NCBI GenBank assembly: GCA_021812305.1
Contig: JAKAOB010000003.1
Span: 1 to 43,718, forward strand
Origin: Thermoplasmata archaeon
GTDB taxonomy: Archaea; Thermoplasmatota; Thermoplasmata; Lutacidiplasmatales; UBA184
Direction: 5' to 3'
Length of the DNA stretch: 43,718 nt
A program made the position numbers and the translations under genes. This document shows, one piece after another, positions 8,939-18,254 of the stretch (its first letter is position 1; every line of letters begins with the position of its first letter). Below the pieces are notes generated by a model, which saw nothing but the letters and a program-made list of their open reading frames with translations, was not told the DNA's origin and did no database searches.

Positions 8939-11900
8939 ATGGAGGCGGGGGCGCGGCGCCTCGCCGCGATCATGTTCACCGACATCGTCGGCTACGTCGC
9001 GCTCACGCAGCGCGACGAGGCCGAGGCGCTGCGCCTGCTCGAGGAACACCGCGGCGTGGTCCGCCCCCTGGTGCGCCGCTTCGACGGGACCGAGGTCAAG
9101 ACGCTGGGGGACGGGTTTCTCCTCGAGTTCCCGAGCGCGCTCGACGCGAGCGCGTGCGCGGTCGAGCTGCAGCGCGCGTTCCACGAGCGCCGCCGGGCCC
9201 GCTCGGGCTCGCAGGTCGAGATCCGCATCGGCATCCACGTGGGCGACGTGATCCACCGGGGCGGGGACGTCTACGGCGACACGGTGAATCTCGCCTCCCG
9301 ACTCCAGGGCCTGGCCGAGCCGGGAGGGGTCCTGGTCTCCGGTCCCGTCCATGACCTGGTCCGTGGCCGGCTCGGCGTCGACCTCGTCCGGGTCGGGGCT
9401 CCCGCCCTCAAGAACGTCGAGCTGCCGGTCGAGATCTACCGCCTCGTCTTCCCCTGGGCCGAGGAGTTCCGATCACGGCGCACGCCCCTCGTCGACCGGG
9501 AGACCGAGGTCGCCGCGCTGACCGCGTTCGTTGAGGGCACCGCCCGCGGGGAGGGATCCGTTCTGCTGCTCGTCGGGGACCCCGGACTCGGGAAGAGCCG
9601 CCTTCTCGAGGAGATGGCGGCGATGGCCCGGCGCCACGGCGTTGCGCTGTACGAGGGACGGGGCACGGACATGGACGGAGGGAGCCCGTACGCCCCGTGG
9701 GCCGATCTGCTGCGCAGCGCCATCGAGCGCCTTCCCCCCGCCGCCGTCTTCCGCGTCCTTGGTCCCCACGCACCCGCCGTGGCCCAGCTCGTCCCGGAGC
9801 TCGCCGAGAAGGTGCCGGGGCCGCCGGCCAGCCCCGACCCGTCCCAGGAGCGCCTCCGTTTCCTTGAGGGGATCGCGGGGTTCTTCCGCGACCTGGCCCG
9901 GGAGCGGCCGTCGATCCTCGTCCTCGAGGACCTCGCCGGGGCCGATCCGGCGACGATCCAGCTGCTCCAGCACCTCGCCCGATCCCTCGCGCACCGACCG
10001 CTCGGGGTCGTGGGGGCGGTGCGCGGCTCCGGCCTCACGGACAATCTGCCGCTCGCGCATCTCGTCTCCCGGCTTCGGCGCGAGCCGGGGTTCCGGCTGC
10101 TCCTGCTCGATGCGTTCGACGAGCTCCGCACCGCCCGGATGATCGAGGGCGTCCTGGGCGACAAGAAGGGCGTCTCGGAAGAGTTCCTCGCGCTCGTCCA
10201 CGGGACGACCGGCGGGAACCCCTACTTCATCGAGGAGGTCCTTCGCTCCCTTCTCAAGAGCGGCGCCATCTTCCCGACCGGGAGGAACTGGGGACGTCGC
10301 CCGGTCGCGGAGATCGCGATGCCCGCGACGGTACGAGACGTGCTCCGCGAGCGCCTCGATCGCCTCGACCCCGAGACTCGGGACGTCCTTCGCGCCGCCG
10401 CGGTGCTCGGCACCGAGTTCGACTTCGATCTGCTCCGGCGGCTGACAGGGCTGGATACGGGCACGCTCCTGACGCGGCTCGAGCGGGCGATGCAGGCGAC
10501 GCTCCTGCGCGAGGAACGGCGTCCGGCGCACCGCACGGTCTTTTTGTTCCCGGACCGCCCGGTCCGCGACGCCCTCTACGACGAGCTGAGCCTGGTCCGC
10601 CGCCGGCTGCTCCATCGCGCGGCCGGCGAGGCCATCGAATCTTCGGCCGCCCCGGGGGCGCCCCCGAGCCCCGCGATCCTGGCCCACCACTTCCTCCACG
10701 CGGACGTCCCGGACAAGGCCCTTCGCTATTCGGAGTCGGCCGGGGCGGCCGCCGCCGAGCTCCACGCCCACGAAGCGGCGATCGCCCACTACCGGACCGC
10801 CGTCGACCTCCTCGACGGCCGGGAGGTCGGGGGCCGGAAGTGCCGGGACCTGGCCGCCCTCGGGGATGCGCTGTTCGCGCTCGCGCGGTACGGGGAGGCG
10901 ATCGAGGGCTGGCGCGCCGCCGTGAGCTGCGAGCACGCGAGCCGGGACCCGGCCGGGACGCTGCGCATCTACCGGAAGATCCTCGAAGCCCTCTGGGCGA
11001 TGGACGAAGCGGACGCGTTCCTCGCGACCTACCGGGAAACGCGTCCCGTCGTCGCCGACGCCCCGGACGAGGCGGAGGGGATCCTGCTCGATGCCGAATC
11101 GGCGGGGTTCCTCGCCTGGATGGGCGTCGGGCGGGACGAGGCGCGGGCGGCCCGTGATCGAGCCCTCGAGGCCGCCCGTCGCGTCCGGGTCCCGCACGCG
11201 GAGAGCCTCGCCCTCCTCTCCTCGATCGCCCTCATGTCGATCCGCGAGAAGGACCGCGCGATCGCCGTCGCCCGGGAGTGCCTCGACCGGTCCGCGGGCC
11301 TCCCCGTCCCGGCCGGGGCGGGGAGCGATCTCTACATGGAGGCTTCCGGCATCCTCAGCCTCTTCGAGGGCCGGTGGGCCGAGGTCCAGCGCCGGGAAGA
11401 GGCGGGGATCGTCCTCACCCGCGAGGCCCGCCTCTTCGAGTGGCAGGCGTTCTACGAGGCGATCGCCGCCGACATGGCGTTCTCCCAGGGCCGGGTCGAC
11501 GAGGGACGCGCGCACGTCGACGAGATGATGCGCGTCGTCGAGCGCTTCGAACTCGACCTGAGGACCCCGGAGTTCCTCGCCCTCTCGACCCGCCAGTTCC
11601 TGGACGGGGACCTCGACCAGGCCGAGGCGACCCTCGGGCGCGGGATCCGGTATCTCGAGGGGCGGGCGCCCCGCCACAAGGGTCTCATCGCGTACTACTC
11701 GAACCTCGCCCGACTCCACACCCTGGGACAGCGGCCGGGGGCCGCGCTCGACGCGGCCCACAAGGCGCTCGAGATAGTTCGGCACCACGACTACCCGGTC
11801 GACGAGGCGGCGTCCGTGGCGCTGGCGCTCGACCGGGCCGTCGGGGCGGCCGTGGCGGCGGGCCGGTCGGACGAAGCCCGGGCGGTCGTCGCCGAGGCGC

Positions 11901-12238
11901 GGGGGTTCTCGGACCTCGCCCGGGAGTCGATCATCGCGGCCCTCGTCGACCGGGCGGCCGGTCGTCTCGACCTGGCCGAGGGCAACGGGGCCGAGGCGGC
12001 GGCGCGGTTTTCACGCGCGGCGGAACAGTTCGACGAACGGACGCTCCGCCTCGAGGAGGCGGAGACGTTGCGGCTCCTTTCGGAGGCGGCCGCACGGGCC
12101 GGCGACGGCGCGGGCGCGAAACGGGCCGCCGACCGCGCCCATGCGCTCGACCGGGGCATGGGGGTCGTGGCCCCTGGGGAGGTCCGGGCCGAGACCCCCG
12201 CCGCGCGCGGCCCTACCCCGGCGCTCCCGGCGGCCTGA
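8939..12238 (+). CDS. Class III adenylate cyclase + STAND/AAA ATPase + TPR-like repeats
   Basis: Cyclase motifs MFTDIVG, KTLGDG and DVYGDTVNLASR; Walker A GDPGLGKS; Walker B ILVLED; TGGNPYF; helical repeat C-terminus. Confidence 0.9.
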   Translation: MEAGARRLAAIMFTDIVGYVALTQRDEAEALRLLEEHRGVVRPLVRRFDGTEVKTLGDGFLLEFPSALDASACAVELQRAFHERRRARSGSQVEIRIGIHVGDVIHRGGDVYGDTVNLASRLQGLAEPGGVLVSGPVHDLVRGRLGVDLVRVGAPALKNVELPVEIYRLVFPWAEEFRSRRTPLVDRETEVAALTAFVEGTARGEGSVLLLVGDPGLGKSRLLEEMAAMARRHGVALYEGRGTDMDGGSPYAPWADLLRSAIERLPPAAVFRVLGPHAPAVAQLVPELAEKVPGPPASPDPSQERLRFLEGIAGFFRDLARERPSILVLEDLAGADPATIQLLQHLARSLAHRPLGVVGAVRGSGLTDNLPLAHLVSRLRREPGFRLLLLDAFDELRTARMIEGVLGDKKGVSEEFLALVHGTTGGNPYFIEEVLRSLLKSGAIFPTGRNWGRRPVAEIAMPATVRDVLRERLDRLDPETRDVLRAAAVLGTEFDFDLLRRLTGLDTGTLLTRLERAMQATLLREERRPAHRTVFLFPDRPVRDALYDELSLVRRRLLHRAAGEAIESSAAPGAPPSPAILAHHFLHADVPDKALRYSESAGAAAAELHAHEAAIAHYRTAVDLLDGREVGGRKCRDLAALGDALFALARYGEAIEGWRAAVSCEHASRDPAGTLRIYRKILEALWAMDEADAFLATYRETRPVVADAPDEAEGILLDAESAGFLAWMGVGRDEARAARDRALEAARRVRVPHAESLALLSSIALMSIREKDRAIAVARECLDRSAGLPVPAGAGSDLYMEASGILSLFEGRWAEVQRREEAGIVLTREARLFEWQAFYEAIAADMAFSQGRVDEGRAHVDEMMRVVERFELDLRTPEFLALSTRQFLDGDLDQAEATLGRGIRYLEGRAPRHKGLIAYYSNLARLHTLGQRPGAALDAAHKALEIVRHHDYPVDEAASVALALDRAVGAAVAAGRSDEARAVVAEARGFSDLARESIIAALVDRAAGRLDLAEGNGAEAAARFSRAAEQFDERTLRLEEAETLRLLSEAAARAGDGAGAKRAADRAHALDRGMGVVAPGEVRAETPAARGPTPALPAA

Positions 12239-12308
12239 GGCCGCCGGGGTGGAGTCCGGCTCACGGCCGGCCTTTATGGGGGCGGCCCGATGGCCCCCCG
12301 AGGGGTCG

Positions 12309-12746
12309 ATGTGCGCCGTTCGAACCGTCCCGCCTTCGACCCTCGAGCTGCTCTCGAGGGTCCCGCTGTTCTCCTCGCTCGACGCCGAGCATCTCCGGAC
12401 GATCCTGCGCACCGGTAAGGAGCGGGACTTCTCCCCGGGCGGGGAGATCGTCCGGGCCGGCGACCGGGGCATCGGGTTCTACCTGCTGCTCAGCGGGGGG
12501 GTGGAGGTGCGGCGGGAGAGCGCGGTCCTCGCGCGCCTCGGCCCCGGCGAGTTCTTCGGGGAGATGGCCCTCTTCGACGACCAGGCCCGGAGCGCCGATG
12601 TCGTCGCCGTGCGCCCGACCCGCTGCCTCGTGCTGAGCCCGTGGGAGTTCTGGAGCGCGGTCGGGAAGGACCCCGTCGTCCTCCGCGCCCTCCTGCGGGA
12701 GACGGTGCGCCGTCTGCGCGGACCCCACGGTTCGCTCAGCGAGTGA
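12309..12746 (+). CDS. Stand-alone cyclic nucleotide-binding domain protein
   Basis: VPLFSSL, FYLLLSGGVEV and the phosphate-binding cassette GEFFGEMAL...RSADVVA. Confidence 0.9.
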   Translation: MCAVRTVPPSTLELLSRVPLFSSLDAEHLRTILRTGKERDFSPGGEIVRAGDRGIGFYLLLSGGVEVRRESAVLARLGPGEFFGEMALFDDQARSADVVAVRPTRCLVLSPWEFWSAVGKDPVVLRALLRETVRRLRGPHGSLSE

Positions 12747-12776
12747 CGTCCGCGCGTCGTGCCCCCGACGGGGCCG

Positions 12777-12935
12777 TCAGGGGACGTCCTCGAACGGCTC
12801 GCCCTCCGACGTCCCGTCCGCGGCGCCGAGCGAGACGTCCGGCCGCACCACGAGGACCACCTCTCGCTCGTTGGCCTTGCGGGTTCCCTTGCGCTTGCGC
12901 TTGGACCGGGAGGTCCGGTGACGGGACTTCGCCAT
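12777..12935 (-). CDS. Small (52 aa) protein with basic N-terminus and acidic C-terminus
   Basis: MAKSRHRTSRSKRKRKGTRKANEREVVLVVRPDVSLGAADGTSEGEPFEDVP*. Fills the intergenic gap and has a TATA-like element ~35 nt upstream. Not listed in the ORF track. Confidence 0.4.
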   Translation of the reverse strand: MAKSRHRTSRSKRKRKGTRKANEREVVLVVRPDVSLGAADGTSEGEPFEDVP

Positions 12936-12992
12936 GGTTGCGTCCGTAGGCTATCGCCGGAGGGTTCGTATAGGGCACGGGTGGAGCGGGCT

Positions 12993-13817
12993 TCACCCGC
13001 CCCGGCGCGCCGTCCGCGGCCGGGTGGGCGCCGGCCGTCGACCGGCCGACGGCCCCTCCGTCGCCCGGTGCCGCAGGGCCTCGTTGGCCACCCGGATCGC
13101 GGGCGACGGGTCCTCGGGGACCGGGCGGCCGTCCTCGCGGTCTCCGTAGACGGTACACAGCGCCCCCGCCTCGATCCCGTAGATGGCCGCGATCGTGAGG
13201 AGGGTCGCGCACTCCATCTCGATGTTGAGGATCCCGAGCTTCCGGAGGAGCGCCGGCATTCGGCGGGCCTCCTCGGGGAGGAACCCGCCGAACCCCGACC
13301 GGCCCTGGTCCAGGTAGAAGCTCCCGACGGTGGCCGTGATCCCGACCCTGTAGCGGAACCGTCCGGCCGCGGCCGCGGACGCCAGCGCACGGAGAAGGGC
13401 GGGCTCGGCGACCGCGGGGTACTCCAGGGGCGCGTACAGGCGGCTCGTGGGGTCAAAGCGCGCCGCGGCGAGGCTGATCGCGAGATCCCCGGTACGCAGC
13501 CGGGGGTCGATGGCACCGCAGCTTCCGACGCGCACGATCCGGCGCACCCCGAGGCGGGCGAGCTCCTCGACCACGATCGCCATGGCGGGGCCGCCGATCC
13601 CCGAGCTCACGACGCCGAGATCGACGCCGCCGTAGCGACCCCGGAAGCTGAGGAACTCCCGGTTCTGGGCGAGCGCCTCGGAGCGGTCCCAGCTCTCGGC
13701 GATGCGGCGGGCCCGGGCCGGGTCGCCGGGGACGAGGACCGAGTCGGGCAGCTCCCCCGGACGGAGTCCCAGGTGGTAGACGCGCTCCTCTCCCCTCGGC
13801 AGGCGGCGTCCGGGCAT
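12993..13817 (-). CDS. udp: Nucleoside phosphorylase (uridine phosphorylase-like)
   Basis: Motifs YHLGL, VPGDPAR, NREF, SGIGGP, RVGSCG and NIEME. Confidence 0.88.
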   Translation of the reverse strand: MPGRRLPRGEERVYHLGLRPGELPDSVLVPGDPARARRIAESWDRSEALAQNREFLSFRGRYGGVDLGVVSSGIGGPAMAIVVEELARLGVRRIVRVGSCGAIDPRLRTGDLAISLAAARFDPTSRLYAPLEYPAVAEPALLRALASAAAAGRFRYRVGITATVGSFYLDQGRSGFGGFLPEEARRMPALLRKLGILNIEMECATLLTIAAIYGIEAGALCTVYGDREDGRPVPEDPSPAIRVANEALRHRATEGPSAGRRPAPTRPRTARRGG

Positions 13818-13935
13818 GCGCTCATCGCCGGGAAGGGCGTTCGGCGGCATACGCGTTTCGTGCTCGGAGGCCCACGAACGACGACCGCGTCCGGCATCGG
13901 GAGCCGGTGGCCCCCCGTCCCCGCTCGACGGGGCC

Positions 13936-14817
13936 CTACTGGTGCAGCGTGTAGATCGGGATGGTCGCGAGGAGCGTGATCGGGCTGGCCCCCGTATCGA
14001 GCAACTGGATACTGCAGGCGCCGGGGGTCGTGAAGCACCAGGCGGGGGCGCCGTGGAAATCGTCGAAGTCGGGGTGCCCCCAGTTCGACGCCCGCTCGAT
14101 CGGGCTGGGGGCCTCGAGCACCGATCCCTCGGAGTGGATGTAGAGGACGAAGGTGTCGCCGGGGGCGAGCAGGGTCGCGTTCGGCGTGAGCGTCTGGAAG
14201 AACCCGAGCCGGTTGTAGTAGGTGCTGAACGCCCCGCCGCCGTAGCCGCTCGCGTTGAAGTTCCCGCAGCTGCCGAGCTTCGGCGCGTTCGTGGAGATCG
14301 TCTGGGAGGACCCGGGGAACCACGACATCGACAGCAGCGAGCCCCGGACGAGGTAGGTGGTCATGGGGGTCGGGGTCGAATTGTAGCAGATGAAGTTGAA
14401 CTGGATGTCCGCCAGGGAGATCGGCTGGGTGACCTCGGTGAAGATGATCGCGGTCGCGTTCATCCGGTTGTAGGTGCCGTTGTTGCTGTACTCGCAATCG
14501 TTCCACCACGCGCGCATGTACGTGCTGTAGCGCGGGTCGTGCGAGCCGTTCCCGAGGTAGTAGGTCCACGAGTACGGCAGGTTCGGGTAGCAGTCCGTGG
14601 GGTCGCCCCAGACCGGGTAGCTCACCCCGCCGTGCGCGGCGTAGTAGATGGTGGGCGGCGTGCTCGGGGTCTGGATACGGAACGTCCACAGGACGATGCC
14701 GGCCGCCACGACGATGCCGACCATGAACAGCGTCGCGATGATCGGGGAGACCCCGCGCCGGCGCTGGTGGGAAAAGCGGTGTCGCGGCATTGCGCCGCCG
14801 CGGGCCGCGCTCGCCAT
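13936..14817 (-). CDS. Archaeal type IV pilin-like protein
   Basis: Class III signal peptide RRRG|VSPIIATLFMVGIVVAAG followed by a Cys/Tyr/Asn-rich extracellular domain. Confidence 0.85.
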   Translation of the reverse strand: MASAARGGAMPRHRFSHQRRRGVSPIIATLFMVGIVVAAGIVLWTFRIQTPSTPPTIYYAAHGGVSYPVWGDPTDCYPNLPYSWTYYLGNGSHDPRYSTYMRAWWNDCEYSNNGTYNRMNATAIIFTEVTQPISLADIQFNFICYNSTPTPMTTYLVRGSLLSMSWFPGSSQTISTNAPKLGSCGNFNASGYGGGAFSTYYNRLGFFQTLTPNATLLAPGDTFVLYIHSEGSVLEAPSPIERASNWGHPDFDDFHGAPAWCFTTPGACSIQLLDTGASPITLLATIPIYTLHQ

Positions 14818-14884
14818 GGCGCCCTCGCGGCACGGGGCATCGGCCCGGGGCGCGGGGGTCCGGGGGGCGACTGCGGCACCGCTC

Positions 14885-14925
14885 ACCGAACGTATACTAG
14901 TCTTACAGCAGCCATATAGGCGTTG
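14885..14925. promoter_or_regulatory. AT-rich divergent promoter region
   Basis: GTATACTAGTCTTACAG and CATATAG form an AT-rich patch in very GC-rich DNA between two divergent genes. Confidence 0.45.
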
Positions 14926-14943
14926 TCGTCCCATCCGGTTCGG

Positions 14944-15552
14944 GTGGGCGACAGCGATCCCGTCCTCGAGGCGTTCCGGTCCCCCGCCCGCGCCCCGCGG
15001 CGCCGGCCCGCCTACCTGCGGGTCGCCGTGCCGCTCGCCGCGGTGCTCGTGGTGGTCGGCGGGATCGTCGCCTACTCGCTCTCGGTCCGCACCGCACCGA
15101 ACGGTCCGCCCCCTCCGCCCGATCTCAATCCCGCGCGGGACCGCGTCGGCGCCGTCTACGCCCAGGTCGATTACGCCGGGAACGCCTCGGGGTACATCGC
15201 CCTTGCCGAGTCCGGCAACCTCTGCACCCGTTGTCCCCTGGTCCTGCCGACGGACCTCAACGTCTCGCCCCCCCGCGCGGGGTTCTTCGTCTACTTCAAC
15301 GTGACGAACATCGGGACCGACTACCACTCCATCGACACCGTCTCGGTCAACATCACCGGCCCTACGGGCGGGGCGTCGTTCGTCGTCCTGGGTTCGTTCT
15401 GCTGCGCCCCCGGCTACGCGGAGCAGACGGATGCGATCGGGCTCGTGCCGGGGCTCACGATGGGCCTCTCCGTCTACCTCTTCGCGACCGGTCTGCCGGA
15501 GGCGGTGGCGGCCACGTACACGCTCGAGCTCACGCTCCTCAGTTCGGGCTGA
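14944..15552 (+). CDS. Membrane-anchored extracellular protein
   Basis: One N-terminal TM helix, then a beta-rich domain with CTRC and FCC. GTG start chosen; TTG 14923 is the alternative. Confidence 0.7.
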   Translation: MGDSDPVLEAFRSPARAPRRRPAYLRVAVPLAAVLVVVGGIVAYSLSVRTAPNGPPPPPDLNPARDRVGAVYAQVDYAGNASGYIALAESGNLCTRCPLVLPTDLNVSPPRAGFFVYFNVTNIGTDYHSIDTVSVNITGPTGGASFVVLGSFCCAPGYAEQTDAIGLVPGLTMGLSVYLFATGLPEAVAATYTLELTLLSSG

Positions 15553-15637
15553 GGGTTCGCGGGGCGCCCCGTCGAGAATATACACCGTCGGCCGTTGCGC
15601 CCCGCCGCGCGGGTCGTCCGCGCGCGGGAAGGCGGAC

Positions 15638-17074
15638 GTGGGAGGTTCTCGGTACACGCGGACGCCGATCCCCGAGGAGACGAAGGAGGAGCGGGACGCG
15701 GGGTTCGACGAGGTGCTCCGGCCCTACACCGCCGAGGAGGCGGTGCTCGAGGCGCAGCGCTGCCTGAACTGCGCGATGCCCTGGTGCGTGCAGGCCTGCC
15801 CGATCACCCAGGACTGCCGGGGCTACATCCAGCTCCTGGCCCAGCGTCGGTTCGACGACGCCGCCCGACTGACGGTGCGCGACAACCCCCTCGCGACCGT
15901 CCTGTGCAAGACCTGCTACCACTACTGCGAGGACGCCTGCGCGATGGGCGAGCGCGGGGCGCCCATCGCCATCCGCCACCTGAAGCGGGCCTCCGTGGAG
16001 CTCGGACGGTCCGACCTGACCTACACCGGAGTGCCGCGCCGCGGGGAGCGGGTCGCGGTGATCGGGGCGGGGCCGGCGGGGCTCATGGCCGCGTGGGAGC
16101 TCAGCCTGCGGGGCTACTCCGTCACGGTGCTCGAGGAGAAGCCGTTCCTGGGCGGCCAGATGGAGACGATCCCGAGGTACCACCTCCACGGCGACGAGCT
16201 CGACCGCGACCTGGCCCGGGTGCGCGGGCTGGACATCGTCTTCGTGGTGGGCAAGCGCGCCGGGGTCGACTTCACTCCCGAGAGCCTCCTCGCCGAAGGC
16301 CACCTCGCGGTGTACATCGCCATCGGTGCCTCGGACCCGCGCCGGCTCGGCATCCCCGGCGAACAGCTCCCGGGCGTCTACTCGGCGCTGGAGTTCCTCC
16401 TGGCGGTCAACAAGGGACCCGAGGGGGTCCTCGGAAGGAAGGGCCGTACCGTCTGCGTCCTCGGCGGCGGGGACGTGGCGCTCGATGCGGCGCGCTCGAG
16501 CCTTCGCCTCGCCGCGTCCCCGGGGAGCGTCACCCTCCTCTACCGCCAGGGGCCCGAAGCGATGCCGGCGGGCGCAGAGGAGCTGAGGGACGGGACGCTC
16601 GAAGGGGTGCGCTTCGTCTACCGGCGCAGTCCGGTGCGCGTGCTCGGGACGTCGCGGGTCGAGGGCCTGGTCGTTCAGGCGACCCGAGCCGGGCCGGTGG
16701 ACGCGCGGGGCCGGCCGACCGTCGAGGCGGTGCCCGGCTCGGAGGAGACGATCCCCTGCGACACCGTGATCGCCGCCGTGGGGGAGCGCGCGGACCTCTC
16801 CGGGCTCCCGGCCGAGCTCGACCTCAAGGTGAGCGCCCACGGCTGGCCCGAAGGGGGGCGGCCGGACTGGGCCACGGACCTGGACGGCGTCTTCGCCTCC
16901 GGAGGAAAGTCCGTGGTGTACGCCATGGCCGCCGGGTCGGCGGCCGCGGCGGCGATCGACGCCTACATCGCCCGCAAGCTCGGGCGCAGCCCCATCCCCC
17001 GTCCCGAGGCGTTCGGGGGCTCCGCCCCGCCGGCCCTACCCGACGGCTACGGCGGCCCGTCCTGGCACCTGTAG
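15638..17074 (+). CDS. GltD/SudA-like Fe-S flavoprotein (NAD(P)H-dependent oxidoreductase)
   Basis: EAQRCLNC...CVQACP and CKTCYHYCEDAC Fe-S motifs, GAGPAG FAD site and GGGDVALDAAR NADPH site. Confidence 0.9.
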   Translation: MGGSRYTRTPIPEETKEERDAGFDEVLRPYTAEEAVLEAQRCLNCAMPWCVQACPITQDCRGYIQLLAQRRFDDAARLTVRDNPLATVLCKTCYHYCEDACAMGERGAPIAIRHLKRASVELGRSDLTYTGVPRRGERVAVIGAGPAGLMAAWELSLRGYSVTVLEEKPFLGGQMETIPRYHLHGDELDRDLARVRGLDIVFVVGKRAGVDFTPESLLAEGHLAVYIAIGASDPRRLGIPGEQLPGVYSALEFLLAVNKGPEGVLGRKGRTVCVLGGGDVALDAARSSLRLAASPGSVTLLYRQGPEAMPAGAEELRDGTLEGVRFVYRRSPVRVLGTSRVEGLVVQATRAGPVDARGRPTVEAVPGSEETIPCDTVIAAVGERADLSGLPAELDLKVSAHGWPEGGRPDWATDLDGVFASGGKSVVYAMAAGSAAAAAIDAYIARKLGRSPIPRPEAFGGSAPPALPDGYGGPSWHL

Positions 17075-17083
17075 CGGAGGGGC

Positions 17084-18136
17084 CTAGCGCCCCTGGGCGA
17101 TCCCGAACCACCGGCGGAAGGCCCGGATGTTGGGGTCGGTGCCGAGGATGAGGAGGGCGTCCCCCTGCCGGAGGACGTCCGTCGGGGGAGGATTGAGGAG
17201 GGTCTCCCAGCTCGGCCCGGAGCTCGCACGGGCGTAGCCGACCAGCAGGCAACCGGAGTGCTCGCGGACCGCGCGCTCGAGCTCGGCGACGGTGCCGCCC
17301 TTGACGGGGGTCCGGGGTCCGAGCAGGAACTCCTGGAGGTCGGCGCCGTAGGCGGCGGCGAGGAGGTCTTCGATCGCGTTCGCGACCTCCGGGCGGAACG
17401 CCGCGTTGGCGCAGAGGCGCCCGCCCATGTCCCCCGGGGTCGCGACGTAGGTGACCCCTGCGGTGCGCATCGTGTCCTTGAGCTCGGGCCGGCTGACGGA
17501 GACGACGACCCGGACGTTGGGGGCGAAGGTCCGCAGGTTGAGGACCGCGATCAGGTTGGCGGTGTCGTCGGGCGTCGCGACGATGACCGCGCGCGCCCGG
17601 TCGGCGTTCGCGCGCTTGAGGATCTCGGTCTCCGCCGGATTGCCGAACGTGACGAAGAGTCGGTCGGCCGGCCCGAGCGAGCGGATGTTGCTCACGTCGT
17701 CGGCGCGGTCGGTGATCACGGCGACGCGCTGCTCCTCGATCAGGAGCTCCCGTGCCGCGGCCGCCCCCACGGAGGAGTAGCCGGCGATGACCGTGTGGTC
17801 GCGGAAGTCCGTGCCGAGGAGCCCGAGCTGCTCGGCCTGCACCTCCGACGCCACGGCGCTGGTGATCACCGCGAGCAGATAACCCAAGAGGAAGATCTGG
17901 ACGAAGGCGACGACGATCGTGAACTCGCGGGCGAAGGTCGTCGTCGGGACCACGTCGCCGTAGCCGATCGTCGCGAGCGTCACGATCGACCAGTAGAAGG
18001 CGCTGAGCGGGGACGTCCCCGGCTGGAGCAGGTAGAAGCCCACCGCGGCGCCGACGTAGACGACCCCGTAGGCCATCAGGAGCTTCCAGGTCCGGCGGAG
18101 GAGGTCGGCGAAGTAGCGGCGACGGCGGCCCGGCAC
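17084..18136 (-). CDS. Potassium channel with RCK (TrkA-N/C) domain, MthK-like
   Basis: Two TM helices around the filter sequence TLATIGYGD, followed by a Rossmann-type RCK domain (HTVIAGY). Confidence 0.92.
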   Translation of the reverse strand: MPGRRRRYFADLLRRTWKLLMAYGVVYVGAAVGFYLLQPGTSPLSAFYWSIVTLATIGYGDVVPTTTFAREFTIVVAFVQIFLLGYLLAVITSAVASEVQAEQLGLLGTDFRDHTVIAGYSSVGAAAARELLIEEQRVAVITDRADDVSNIRSLGPADRLFVTFGNPAETEILKRANADRARAVIVATPDDTANLIAVLNLRTFAPNVRVVVSVSRPELKDTMRTAGVTYVATPGDMGGRLCANAAFRPEVANAIEDLLAAAYGADLQEFLLGPRTPVKGGTVAELERAVREHSGCLLVGYARASSGPSWETLLNPPPTDVLRQGDALLILGTDPNIRAFRRWFGIAQGR

Positions 18137-18254
18137 GGCCGGCGGAACCGGCCGGCAAGGTAAGGGTTTGCCGCCGGGTCGCCGCGCCCTCCGAAAGCGA
18201 TCACCGGGTCGCCGGGGCGGGGGGCTCGCCCCGCTCCGGCGCTCGCCCGTGGCC

